DNA of 32,000 bases from Nostoc punctiforme PCC 73102 (GTDB lineage Bacteria; Cyanobacteriota; Cyanobacteriia; Cyanobacteriales; Nostocaceae). Both the position numbers and the translations under genes were made by a program. Positions 7,099 to 15,541 of this stretch are shown piece after piece; within the stretch, counting starts at the first letter, position 1; each line of letters opens with the position of its first letter. A model generated the notes under the pieces. That model was given only the letters and a program-made list of their open reading frames with translations. It did no database searches and had not been told where the DNA came from. Where the stretch lies: assembly GCF_000020025.1 (NCBI RefSeq), contig NC_010628.1, forward strand, positions 6,120,001 through 6,152,000, written 5' to 3'.

Positions 7099-10000
7099 AT
7101 GCGATTCAACGATCATCTAATTAACATACCTAGCTTAAATAATGTTATCAATCGTTCTCCCTTAACGATTAGCATTGATAGTTTTGTAGTCGAAGCTATT
7201 GCCTTAATGAGTCAAGAACCAGCTAGCAATTATGCACCTATTAGTTTAAATTCATCATTAGATTTAGGCTTTAGAACTCAACCACTAACTAGTTGCATCT
7301 TCGTTTTAGAGGCAGGAAGATTATTAGGTATTTTTACAGAAAAGGATGTAATCAGACTTATAGCTTCTGGAGTAGACTTATCCACACTGACTATGGCTGA
7401 AGTGATGACGCAGCCAGTAGTTACCCTTAGACAATCAGACTCTAATGATATTTTCATTGCCTTATCATTATTGCGTCAGCATCAGACTGACTATTTGCCC
7501 GTTTTGAACGATCGCGGGCAATTACTAGGAATCATTACCCAGACTAGCCTGCTACAAGCATTTGACTTGGTAAAAATGGTTGGGGTTGTTGAAGGCTTGC
7601 AAGAATATTTACAAAAACCCACTGATGAATTCAGGCAGGTTAATCAGCCAATTGAGATAGAGCAAGTCCGCAGCCAAACTCAAAATCACTTAAAAGTATG
7701 GGTTGAGTCCCAATCATCTGAAATCATGCAAGTTAATCAGGAACTTCAGCTAGCCCTCGAAGAACTCCAAGTAGCCGAAGAAGAACTGCGCGAACAAAAC
7801 GAAGAGTTGTCCGTTGCCCGTGAGCTAGTAGAATTGGAGCGCCAACGTTACCAGGATTTGTTTGAATTTGCTCCAGATGGTTATTTGGTAACTGATGTAG
7901 CAGGGATTATCCAAGAGGCTAATCGAACGGCAGCAACCATGCTGGCTGTCCGGCAAAAATATTTGCGAAATAAACCATTAATTTTATTTATTGCTCATCA
8001 AGACCGTCAGGCTTTTAACGCCCGACTAAATAATTCGCAGCAGTTACAGGAGTGGGAAATTTACCTAAAACCACGCGGAGGTAAAGCTTTTCCGGCTAGC
8101 GTTAGAGTTGCTGCCATGTACGATTCAGAAGGGGATCTTGTTGGCTGGCGCTGGTTACTTTGCAATATTAACGAACGTCAACAGGCAAAGAAAGCACTGC
8201 GCCAAGCTCACGATGAATTAGAACAACGAGTAGCGGAACGGACAGCAGAACTTGCCATGTCCAACGTTTTGTTGCAACAAGAAATTACCGATCGCCAACG
8301 CACAGAATTTGCATTACGGCAAAGCGAAAACCTCTATCGCCAACTAGTGGAAAGTCAAATTGACGTAATTATCCGCATTGATTTGCAGGGGCAGATTACC
8401 TTTGCTAATATGGCTGCCTGTCAAACCTTCGGCTGGAAACAAGATGAGTATCATGGTCAGTCATTTTGGCAATTTTTTCACCCAGATGACTTGCCTCAAA
8501 TGATGGAAAAGATCGCAGGTTTAGGATCTTCATCGGAACCCTTGACTAATTCTGAGCGACTGATATTTACAGTTACAGGTATTCGTTGGTTTCAATGGAA
8601 TGCGATCGCAATTCATGATGACAAAGGAGAAGTTGTTGAAATCCAAACGGTAGGCAGAGATATTACCGAACAGCAAGCCGCCTTACAGCAACGCCAACTT
8701 GCCGAAGCCGCACTATACCAAAGCGAGGAAAAATTTCGCACTTTTGCCGAAAATACCCACGCAGTCATCTGGATTGCCAGCCCAGATTCATTTCGAACTT
8801 TGTACGTTAGTCCTGCTTATGAAAAAATTTGGGGTCGCTCTTGCCAAAGTCTATTAGAGCAACCTGAGTCTTGGATAGACAACGTTCATCCAGACGATCG
8901 CGAGCTAATCGCCAAAGCAGTAAAGCAACAACTTAGTGGTGAGCCAGCTTCAGCAGAATACCGAATTTTTCGACCTGATGGATCGGTGCGCTGGATTTGG
9001 GATCGGAGCTTTACTGTTTATGATGACCAAAGAGAAGTTCAGTTTTATGGTGGCATCGCCGAAGATATTACCGAGCGTAAATTGGCAGAAGAGTCATTGC
9101 GAGAAAGTGAAGCGCGATTGACTTTAGCTACCGAAACAGCCCAAATGGGTATATGGGATCGGAATATGATCGCCAATACTACTATTTGGTCTGCCAATAT
9201 GGGGCCACTTTATGGTCTGCCGATCGACACCTTGTGTCCAACCGTTGAAGACTATCTCAATTTAATCCATCCAGAAGATCAGAAAGCTGTAGCTGCGAAT
9301 ATAGCTCAGATAATTGAGGAAGGACAGGGATCTATAGAGTATCGGACTATCTGGCCGGACGGCAGCCTACACTGGTTAAACTGCAAAGGTCAGGCTTACT
9401 ATAATGAAATCGGTCAACCGATTCGGTTAATCGGCACAAATAGGGATGTCACAGAGCGCAAGCTGGCCGAACAAAAAATTTCCGAACAAGCCGCTCTACT
9501 TGATATCGCCACCGATGCCATATTAGTTAGAGATTTACAATCTCAAATATTAGTTTGGAATAAAGGTGCAGAGCGGATGTTCGGTTGGCTCTCTACAGAG
9601 GTTATAGGAAAAGACCTCCGGGAAATTTTGTACCCACCAGGAACCCATCACCAACTGGAAGTACCGCTAAAAAGTGTAATTGAGAGTGGCTCGTGGCAAG
9701 GTGAGTTATCTAAAGTGACAAAATCCGGTAAGGAAATTGTTGTGGAAAGCCGATGGACATTGATGCGCGATCCTGAAGGAAAACCTAAATCTATCCTGAG
9801 TGTTGACACTGACATCACCGAAAAGAAACAACTTGAAGAACAGTTTTTTCGCGCCCAGCGATTGGAAAGCATTGGTACCCTTGCTGGTGGTATTGCCCAC
9901 GACTTAAACAATATATTGACACCAATTTTGGCAGCGGCTCAATTGTTACAGGGAACATTTTTACAAGATGAGGAGCGTTCTGGGCAACTGTTGGCACTTG

Positions 10001-10995
10001 TAGAAAGCAACGCCCAACGTGGAGCAGCTTTAGTGAAGCAAATCTTGTCCTTTGCGCGAGGATTTAAAGGAGAGCGGATACTTATCCAAGTTAAGTATCT
10101 GATTGCAGAAATTATCCAAATTGTTAAAGAGACATTTCCCAAATCTATTGAGTTGTCCGCGATTATCCCAGAAGACACTTGGCCTATCACTGGGAATACC
10201 ACACAGCTGCATCAAGTGTTGATGAATCTGGTAGTAAATGCCCGCGATGCTTTACCAGATGGTGGCAAGATCGCAATTTCTGTAGAAAATAAGTTTATTG
10301 ATGAAGCTTATACCAAAATGAATCTCGATGCCCAAGTTGGGCATTACATTATGATTACCGTTGCCGATGACGGAGTTGGGATACCGCCAGAAATATTAGA
10401 TAGAATTTTTGAGCCATTTTTCACCACAAAAGGAGTCAACACAGGTACAGGACTGGGACTTTCAACAGTGTTAGGCATCATTAAAAGCCATGCTGGTTTT
10501 ATCAAAGTGTCTACCAATGTTGGTAAAGGCAGCAAATTTGAACTGTTTTTACCAGCAGTGGAAGCAACTCAAGCGTTCACGATAGAAGATTTGGATGTCC
10601 TTCCAGGAGAGGGAGAATTGATCTTAGTTGTAGATGATGAGGCACAAATTCGGGAGATTGCTGCAATCATTTTAGAAAACTATAACTATAGGATACTAGC
10701 TGCCAGCAATGGCATAGAAGCGATCGCGCTGTATGCCCAATACAAGCATCAAATCAATGCCGTATTGATGGATATAATGATGCCGGAGATGGACGGAATC
10801 ACCGCTATTCGCACCTTGCAAAAAATGAACAACCAGGTTCAAATTATTGCCTGTAGCGGACTGAACTCGATGGAAGTCTTTACTCAAGCTTGTGATGCTT
10901 ATGCTTATGTAAAAGCAGTTTTATCAAAACCATATACGGCCAGAGAATTATTGAAAAGTTTACACAACTTATTTAGAGGCAGTGCTGAGTTATGA
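7099..10995 (+). CDS. Hybrid sensor histidine kinase: CBS pair, coiled coil, about five PAS domains, HisKA/HATPase, C-terminal receiver
   Basis: 1298 aa. A CBS-like pair is at about 7140-7590 (GIFTEKDVIRLI, GIITQTSLLQAF). The heptad segment LALEELQVAEEELREQNEEL follows. Repeated PAS endings (GRDITEQ, AEDITERK, NRDVTERK, DTDITEKK) mark the PAS domains. The H-box is GGIAHDLNNILT, with the His codon at 9898-9900. N/G boxes are VNARDA, DDGVGI and GTGLGLS. The receiver is LILVVDDE...LMDIMMPEMDG, with the Asp codon at 10771-10773. Confidence 0.9.
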   Translation: MRFNDHLINIPSLNNVINRSPLTISIDSFVVEAIALMSQEPASNYAPISLNSSLDLGFRTQPLTSCIFVLEAGRLLGIFTEKDVIRLIASGVDLSTLTMAEVMTQPVVTLRQSDSNDIFIALSLLRQHQTDYLPVLNDRGQLLGIITQTSLLQAFDLVKMVGVVEGLQEYLQKPTDEFRQVNQPIEIEQVRSQTQNHLKVWVESQSSEIMQVNQELQLALEELQVAEEELREQNEELSVARELVELERQRYQDLFEFAPDGYLVTDVAGIIQEANRTAATMLAVRQKYLRNKPLILFIAHQDRQAFNARLNNSQQLQEWEIYLKPRGGKAFPASVRVAAMYDSEGDLVGWRWLLCNINERQQAKKALRQAHDELEQRVAERTAELAMSNVLLQQEITDRQRTEFALRQSENLYRQLVESQIDVIIRIDLQGQITFANMAACQTFGWKQDEYHGQSFWQFFHPDDLPQMMEKIAGLGSSSEPLTNSERLIFTVTGIRWFQWNAIAIHDDKGEVVEIQTVGRDITEQQAALQQRQLAEAALYQSEEKFRTFAENTHAVIWIASPDSFRTLYVSPAYEKIWGRSCQSLLEQPESWIDNVHPDDRELIAKAVKQQLSGEPASAEYRIFRPDGSVRWIWDRSFTVYDDQREVQFYGGIAEDITERKLAEESLRESEARLTLATETAQMGIWDRNMIANTTIWSANMGPLYGLPIDTLCPTVEDYLNLIHPEDQKAVAANIAQIIEEGQGSIEYRTIWPDGSLHWLNCKGQAYYNEIGQPIRLIGTNRDVTERKLAEQKISEQAALLDIATDAILVRDLQSQILVWNKGAERMFGWLSTEVIGKDLREILYPPGTHHQLEVPLKSVIESGSWQGELSKVTKSGKEIVVESRWTLMRDPEGKPKSILSVDTDITEKKQLEEQFFRAQRLESIGTLAGGIAHDLNNILTPILAAAQLLQGTFLQDEERSGQLLALVESNAQRGAALVKQILSFARGFKGERILIQVKYLIAEIIQIVKETFPKSIELSAIIPEDTWPITGNTTQLHQVLMNLVVNARDALPDGGKIAISVENKFIDEAYTKMNLDAQVGHYIMITVADDGVGIPPEILDRIFEPFFTTKGVNTGTGLGLSTVLGIIKSHAGFIKVSTNVGKGSKFELFLPAVEATQAFTIEDLDVLPGEGELILVVDDEAQIREIAAIILENYNYRILAASNGIEAIALYAQYKHQINAVLMDIMMPEMDGITAIRTLQKMNNQVQIIACSGLNSMEVFTQACDAYAYVKAVLSKPYTARELLKSLHNLFRGSAEL

Positions 10996-11121
10996 GCTAG
11001 GAGTAAGTATTGTGTATTGGTAAGAATTAATTCCCAATGTCCAATCCCTCACAAGTTCCTCAAATTGTTTTCTTAAATTTAGAGGGTGGCCAACATTGAT
11101 AAAATGGGATAAATGTAGCTA

Positions 11122-11505
11122 ATGAATATTGTTAGGAAGATTAACGATCAGTTAGCGATCGCTGGACAAATTACACCAGACCAGCTAAAACAAATAGCTG
11201 ATGAGGGTTATAAGTCTGTACTAAACTTACGTTTACCCGATGAAACAGGCTTGTTGGCTGACGAACAGGAGAAGACTGAGTTTTTGGGATTGTACTACGT
11301 TAACTTCCCAACCAAAACTGAAGACATTAATCATCAAAGTATGCTCCAGATATATCAAACCATTGTTGAATTACCCAAACCGACTCTGATACATTGTGAT
11401 AATTCAATTCGTTCCGCCGCAATAGTATTGTTGTATATCGCTATCAAACAGGGCATAACTTTTGAAAAAGCCCTACAAAAAGTTATTACTTTAGGCTTGA
11501 TATAA
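11122..11505 (+). CDS. DUF442 / beta-lactamase-hydrolase-like phosphatase-fold protein
   Basis: 127 aa. LAIAGQITPDQLKQIADEGYKSVLNLR, plus an HCDNSIRS (C-X4-R) loop at the position typical of this small family. Confidence 0.55.
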   Translation: MNIVRKINDQLAIAGQITPDQLKQIADEGYKSVLNLRLPDETGLLADEQEKTEFLGLYYVNFPTKTEDINHQSMLQIYQTIVELPKPTLIHCDNSIRSAAIVLLYIAIKQGITFEKALQKVITLGLI

Positions 11506-11632
11506 CTATAAATTAAATTCATTTTTAATATAAAGAATTTAGGATTAAGAATTAATAATTAATTTGGTGCAAAAACCCTCACATCGCTAGCGCTACGCTA
11601 TCAGTGATGGATCGGAATTCTCTACTCTCTTG

Positions 11633-11880
11633 ATTCCTATAGGGTTCTCGAATGGAAGCAATATAGTTTGACCTCGCTTCCATTCCTCTCTCGTTTTAGG
11701 AGCTACGGTGTACACACAAGTCAAATTACCCCCCTCAATCCCCCCCTTCGACAAGCTCAGGGCATCGCTTGGAAAGGGGAGGGCTAGGGTGGGGTAAAAC
11801 CCTGGTTAATCAGCTATTTCAGAATTGTGTGTACACCGTAGCCTTATAGGGAAGGGGCTGGGGGTTAGGTCTATATTGCA
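11633..11880. mobile_element. MITE-like nested-palindrome element, no coding capacity
   Basis: A perfect 18-bp inverted repeat (gctacggtgtacacacaa, 11702-11719, and its complement at 11825-11842) encloses C-rich and G-rich complementary arms. Outer inverted pairs are caatatag 11659-11666 / ctatattg 11871-11878, and cctataggg / ccttataggg. There is also a separate 10-bp hairpin (gaatggaagc 11650-11659 / gcttccattc 11676-11685). A related fragment occurs at 21298-21321. Confidence 0.5.
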
Positions 11881-11923
11881 CTCAACTGATAACCGCTATA
11901 ATTCCTGAATTCTGGATTCTTCC

Positions 11924-12244
11924 TCAATAATTTAAATTTTTCAGCATATTTAAAACCCGAGAAGAAGCTTGACCACTAGAGCTATTTACAGAAGATTTGA
12001 TATTTGCTTGACTCTGATTTTTTGTAGATATAGACGAATTTGAAACCTGGCTATTGTCTTTAATTAAACGGCTGTAAGTTCTTTGGGGAATGAAGTGGAG
12101 TGGATTGTAACCAACGAAACGCAAAATTAGTACACAAGCCCAGGAATATCGACCATCACTAATGGCTTCCATAACTTGCTCTAATTGTTCTGGACTAATG
12201 GCGTTGTGAAAATTTTTCCCAGAAGAAGAAATGTGGTAGTTCAT
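11924..12244 (-). CDS. HetP-like protein (heterocyst commitment protein family)
   Basis: 106 aa. The core [46 protein letters not shown] matches the conserved HetP-family block as I remember it (YSWACVL.LRF.GYNP.H.IP.RTY.RL). The C-terminal half is a Ser/Asn-rich low-complexity region. Confidence 0.6.
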   Translation of the reverse strand: MNYHISSSGKNFHNAISPEQLEQVMEAISDGRYSWACVLILRFVGYNPLHFIPQRTYSRLIKDNSQVSNSSISTKNQSQANIKSSVNSSSGQASSRVLNMLKNLNY

Positions 12245-12326
12245 AGCTAACCTGATGTAACTTATCTAAATCGAGGTGTATCAGTTTATGCCACCATAAG
12301 CTGTTGCTTGAATTGGGCTGAGTAGT

Positions 12327-12461
12327 ATGTCTGCAATACAACGACGACGGATGATAATTTTAGCAGTCACTATTTTACCAGCCTTTAATCTGCTTACATT
12401 GGGTTTGATTATGCTAAAACTTGCTGGATTTAACTTAATTTATGGAGTAATGTTCTACTAG
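12327..12461 (+). CDS. Possible 44-aa small membrane peptide (speculative)
   Basis: ATG 12327 to TAG 12459-12461 encodes MSAIQRRRMIILAVTILPAFNLLTLGLIMLKLAGFNLIYGVMFY, a basic N-terminus followed by one hydrophobic helix. It is below the ORF-track length cutoff and has no other support. Confidence 0.2.
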   Translation: MSAIQRRRMIILAVTILPAFNLLTLGLIMLKLAGFNLIYGVMFY

Positions 12462-12631
12462 CGATCGCTCAAATTTGGCTGTATTGCTTGACCGAGAATA
12501 GTGTTTTATGCCTGATTGAGAACTAACTACTATACATAGAATAATCTGTCTTTGCTGTTACTCCAGCCAAATTGACAGTTTTTTTAATTGGGCATTGGGT
12601 ATGGAATCAAACAAAAAATTCTTCTCTGCTT

Positions 12632-12652
12632 ACAAATGACAAATGACTAACT
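12632..12652. repeat. Heptamer array ACAAATG/ACAAATG/ACTAACT
   Basis: Read directly from the sequence, in the region upstream of the sucrose-synthase-like gene. Confidence 0.6.
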
Positions 12653-12816
12653 CCCTCATCCCATAGATTTGGAGCCCTTGCAAGGTTTCATCCCCTAGCT
12701 AGACGCGCGTGGTCTTCATAGTTACCTACTATTAGGTGGGAAATGTACCTCACGGAACCGGAGACTGGAGAAAAGAATGAGGTCGTCGACTAGCTAAAGT
12801 TTTGGAATTCGTCATC

Positions 12817-15234
12817 ATGTATGAACTAGTTCAAGCTGTCTTCAACGGTGATGAAAAAACTGCTCTACATCAGTTGATTTATACGTTGAGTGCTTCAGGT
12901 AAGCGTTACTTACTAAGAAATGAGATTTTACAAGCTTTTGCCGATTACTGTCATGAATCCCAAAAGCCAGCCTATTTTTATCACTCTTCTTCGATTGGCA
13001 AACTGATACAGTACACTCACGAAATAATTATCGAAGAGGAAAGTACCTGGTTCGTGATTCGGCCCAAGATTGCTAACCAGGAAGTTTGGCGATTGACAGC
13101 CAATTTGGATAGCTTCGAGCAGATGACGCAACAAGCGCTGTTAGATGTAAGAGATCGCTTAGTCAACCGCTACCAACCCGGTATCCTCGAAATCGACCTT
13201 CACCCTTTTTACGAGGATTCTCCAAGAATCGACGACCCGAGAAATATTGGTCAAGGTTTAGCCTACCTTAACCGTTACCTGTGCAATCAATTGTTGACTG
13301 ACCCTGAATATTGGGTAGAAATGTTGTTTCAAGCATTACAGGGGCTACAACACGATGGGATTCGCCTGCTGTTGAGCGATCGCATTCCCTCTGGTATTCA
13401 TTTAGCCAAACAAATTAAGCTAGCGCTCAAATTGGTGAATGAGCGATCGCCTCATGAACCTTACGAAAAATTCTCCTTAGACCTCCAAGAACTCGGCTTT
13501 GAGCCAGGTTGGGGTAACACTGCGGCGCGAGTCTCCGAAACCCTAGAACTCCTCGACCGACTCATTTATTCTCCAGAACCGGGCATATTAGAAGCATTTG
13601 TCGCCCGCGTCCCCGCCGTTTTTCGTGTCGTCCTCATTTCCATCCACGGTTGGGTTGGACAGGAAGATGTTGTCGGAAGAGATGAAACACTTAGTCAAGT
13701 TATTTATGTCCTCGAACAAGCTCGCAGCTTAGAAAACGAACTGCGCGAACAAATCAAACTCGCTGGACTAGACCAGCTAGGTATCAAACCCCATGTAATT
13801 ATTCTCACCCGACTAATCCCTAACTGTGAAGGGACATTTTGCTACCTGCCTCTAGAAAAAGTCCAAGATACTGAAAATGCTTGGATATTGCGCGTTCCTT
13901 TTGGTGAATTCAATCCAGAAATTACTAACAATTGGATTTCTAAATTTGAGATTTGGCCTTATTTAGAACAATTTGCTATCGATGCAGAAAAAGAATTATT
14001 AACTCAATTCAAAGGTAAACCTAATCTTCTTGTTGGCAATTACAGCGACGGTAACTTAGTGGCTTCTCTTTTATCTCGCCGGATGAAAGTTACCCAGTGC
14101 AATATTGCCCATTCTTTAGAAAAGCCTAAATATCTATTTAGTAATTTATATTGGCAAGATTTAGAAAATCAATACCACTTTTCAGCACAATTCACTGCTG
14201 ATTTAATTAGCATGAATGCAGCCGACTTCATCATTACATCCTCCTATCAAGAAATTGTCGGCACACCAGACACCATAGGTCAATACGAATCGTATAAATG
14301 CTTTACTATGCCGCAGTTGTATCACGTAGTTGATGGGATTGATTTGTTTAGTCCCAAATTCAACTTAGTACCACCGGGAGTAAATGAAAGTATTTTCTTT
14401 CCCTATAGCCAAAAAGAAAACCGAGATTCTAACCTTTGTACAGAAATTCACAACCTACTATTCAGCCGCGAAGATCCCCAAATATTGGGTCATTTAGATC
14501 GCCCTAATAAGCGACCAATCTTTTCCGTTAGTTCCATCAGTTCCATCAAAAATCTTGCGGGATTAGCTGAGTGCTTTGGTCAAAGTCAGAGGTTGCAAGA
14601 GCATTGCAACTTGATCCTCTTGAGTAGTAAACTGCATCCTGATGAAGCTACAAACCCAGAAGAAGCAGAAGAAATCCAAAAACTCCACAATATTATTGAT
14701 CGATATCATCTCCATAGTAAGATTCGCTGGCTGGGGATGCGTATTCCTAGCAGCAGCCTTGGCGAAGCCTACCGAGTAGTTGCAGATTGTCAGGGAATTT
14801 CTGTCCACTTTGCCCGCTTTGAATCCTTTGGGCGGAGCATTTTGGAAGCAATGATTTCTGGCTTGCCAACTTTCGCAACTCAATTTGGTGGTTCTTTAGA
14901 AATTATCGAAAACCAAGAGGAAGAATTTAATGTTAATCCTACAGATTTGGTAGAAACAGCAAAGAAAATTTTAGATTTTTTTGAAAAATGCAATACTCAT
15001 CCTGAACATTGGCAGGAAGTCTCAGAATGGATGAGTCAGCGAGTTCATAACCGATACAATTGGCATTTATATAGTAATCAATTACTACTACTTGCAAAAA
15101 TGTTTACTTTTTGGAACTTTGTTGCGCCAGAAAATAATGAAGCCAGAGATCGCTATATGGAAACATTATTCCATCTCATTTATAAACCTAGAGCCGAAAA
15201 GATTTTAGAAAAGCACATGGGGGCTAATTCGTAA
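12817..15234 (+). CDS. Sucrose synthase-family glycosyltransferase (GT4, GT-B fold), divergent paralogue
   Basis: It is collinear over its full length with cyanobacterial and plant sucrose synthase as I remember them (RPKIANQEVWRLTA, GFEPGWGNTA, VTQCNIAHSLEKPKYLFSNLYWQD, QYESYKCFTMP, FSPKFNLVPPGVNE, AMISGLPTFATQFGG, YIWNFV-type tail, LFHLIYKPRA). ATG 12817 (MYELVQ) is preferred over the track's TTG 12802. Several hallmark motifs deviate; see findings. Confidence 0.9.
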   Translation: MYELVQAVFNGDEKTALHQLIYTLSASGKRYLLRNEILQAFADYCHESQKPAYFYHSSSIGKLIQYTHEIIIEEESTWFVIRPKIANQEVWRLTANLDSFEQMTQQALLDVRDRLVNRYQPGILEIDLHPFYEDSPRIDDPRNIGQGLAYLNRYLCNQLLTDPEYWVEMLFQALQGLQHDGIRLLLSDRIPSGIHLAKQIKLALKLVNERSPHEPYEKFSLDLQELGFEPGWGNTAARVSETLELLDRLIYSPEPGILEAFVARVPAVFRVVLISIHGWVGQEDVVGRDETLSQVIYVLEQARSLENELREQIKLAGLDQLGIKPHVIILTRLIPNCEGTFCYLPLEKVQDTENAWILRVPFGEFNPEITNNWISKFEIWPYLEQFAIDAEKELLTQFKGKPNLLVGNYSDGNLVASLLSRRMKVTQCNIAHSLEKPKYLFSNLYWQDLENQYHFSAQFTADLISMNAADFIITSSYQEIVGTPDTIGQYESYKCFTMPQLYHVVDGIDLFSPKFNLVPPGVNESIFFPYSQKENRDSNLCTEIHNLLFSREDPQILGHLDRPNKRPIFSVSSISSIKNLAGLAECFGQSQRLQEHCNLILLSSKLHPDEATNPEEAEEIQKLHNIIDRYHLHSKIRWLGMRIPSSSLGEAYRVVADCQGISVHFARFESFGRSILEAMISGLPTFATQFGGSLEIIENQEEEFNVNPTDLVETAKKILDFFEKCNTHPEHWQEVSEWMSQRVHNRYNWHLYSNQLLLLAKMFTFWNFVAPENNEARDRYMETLFHLIYKPRAEKILEKHMGANS

Positions 15235-15253
15235 TTCGTAATTCGTAATTGTT
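15226..15253. repeat. Heptamer array AATTCGT x3 plus one degenerate unit
   Basis: aattcgt aattcgt aattcgt aattgtt. The array spans the last two sense codons and the TAA stop (15232-15234) of the sucrose-synthase-like gene. Confidence 0.85.
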
Positions 15254-15321
15254 ACTGGATGGGGATTTTGAGTCGATCAGGAGGTGTTAGAACTTGAAGC
15301 ATTAGGCTCAAAGACTTATTC

Positions 15322-15415
15322 ATCCACCTTTGAACTCCGTTAATCCACCTCTGAACTCCGTTAATCCACCTTTGAACTCCGTTAATCCACCTTTGAACTC
15401 CGTTAATCCACCTCT
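15322..15415. repeat. 21-bp tandem repeat, 4 full units plus a partial fifth (ATCCACCTYTGAACTCCGTTA)
   Basis: Units at 15322, 15343, 15364 and 15385 differ only at one T/C position. The fifth unit diverges after 10 nt. The track ORF 15330..15593 (NSVNPPL repeated) is just a translation of this array. Confidence 0.9.
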
Positions 15416-15431
15416 AAATCAAATTTCCCAA

Positions 15432-15522
15432 TTCCCCATTCCCCATACTTCTCTAACGAGAGGCTACGCCCTAAGCGTAGCTATGCCGCAGGCTTTACGA
15501 CTGCGCTCAGTACAAGTTCCCC
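15432..15522. repeat. Dispersed roughly 100-bp intergenic element, copy 2
   Basis: See 3835-3945. It contains the hairpin gctacgc-cctaa-gcgtagc and ends 20 nt before the ATG at 15542. Confidence 0.8.
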
Positions 15523-15541
15523 ATTCCCTACTACCCACTTT

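Noticed and set aside
9648-10887. Seven minus-strand ORFs (60-87 aa) antisense to the hybrid kinase gene
   Set aside because: All lie entirely inside a well-supported 1298-aa CDS, overlap one another and have odd composition. These are typical antisense shadow ORFs.
12548-12561. NtcA-like site GTC-N8-TAC (gtctttgctgttac) upstream of the sucrose-synthase-like gene
   Set aside because: It satisfies only the minimal GT-N10-AC pattern, not TGTA-N8-TACA. There is no properly spaced -10 box that I could verify, and such matches are expected by chance in 570 bp.
15322-15415. Possible CRISPR array (also considered for the 66-bp periodicity at 28749-29276)
   Set aside because: The units are directly abutting with no unique spacers. 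The 66-bp periodicity is an in-frame LRR coding repeat. No cas genes are present.
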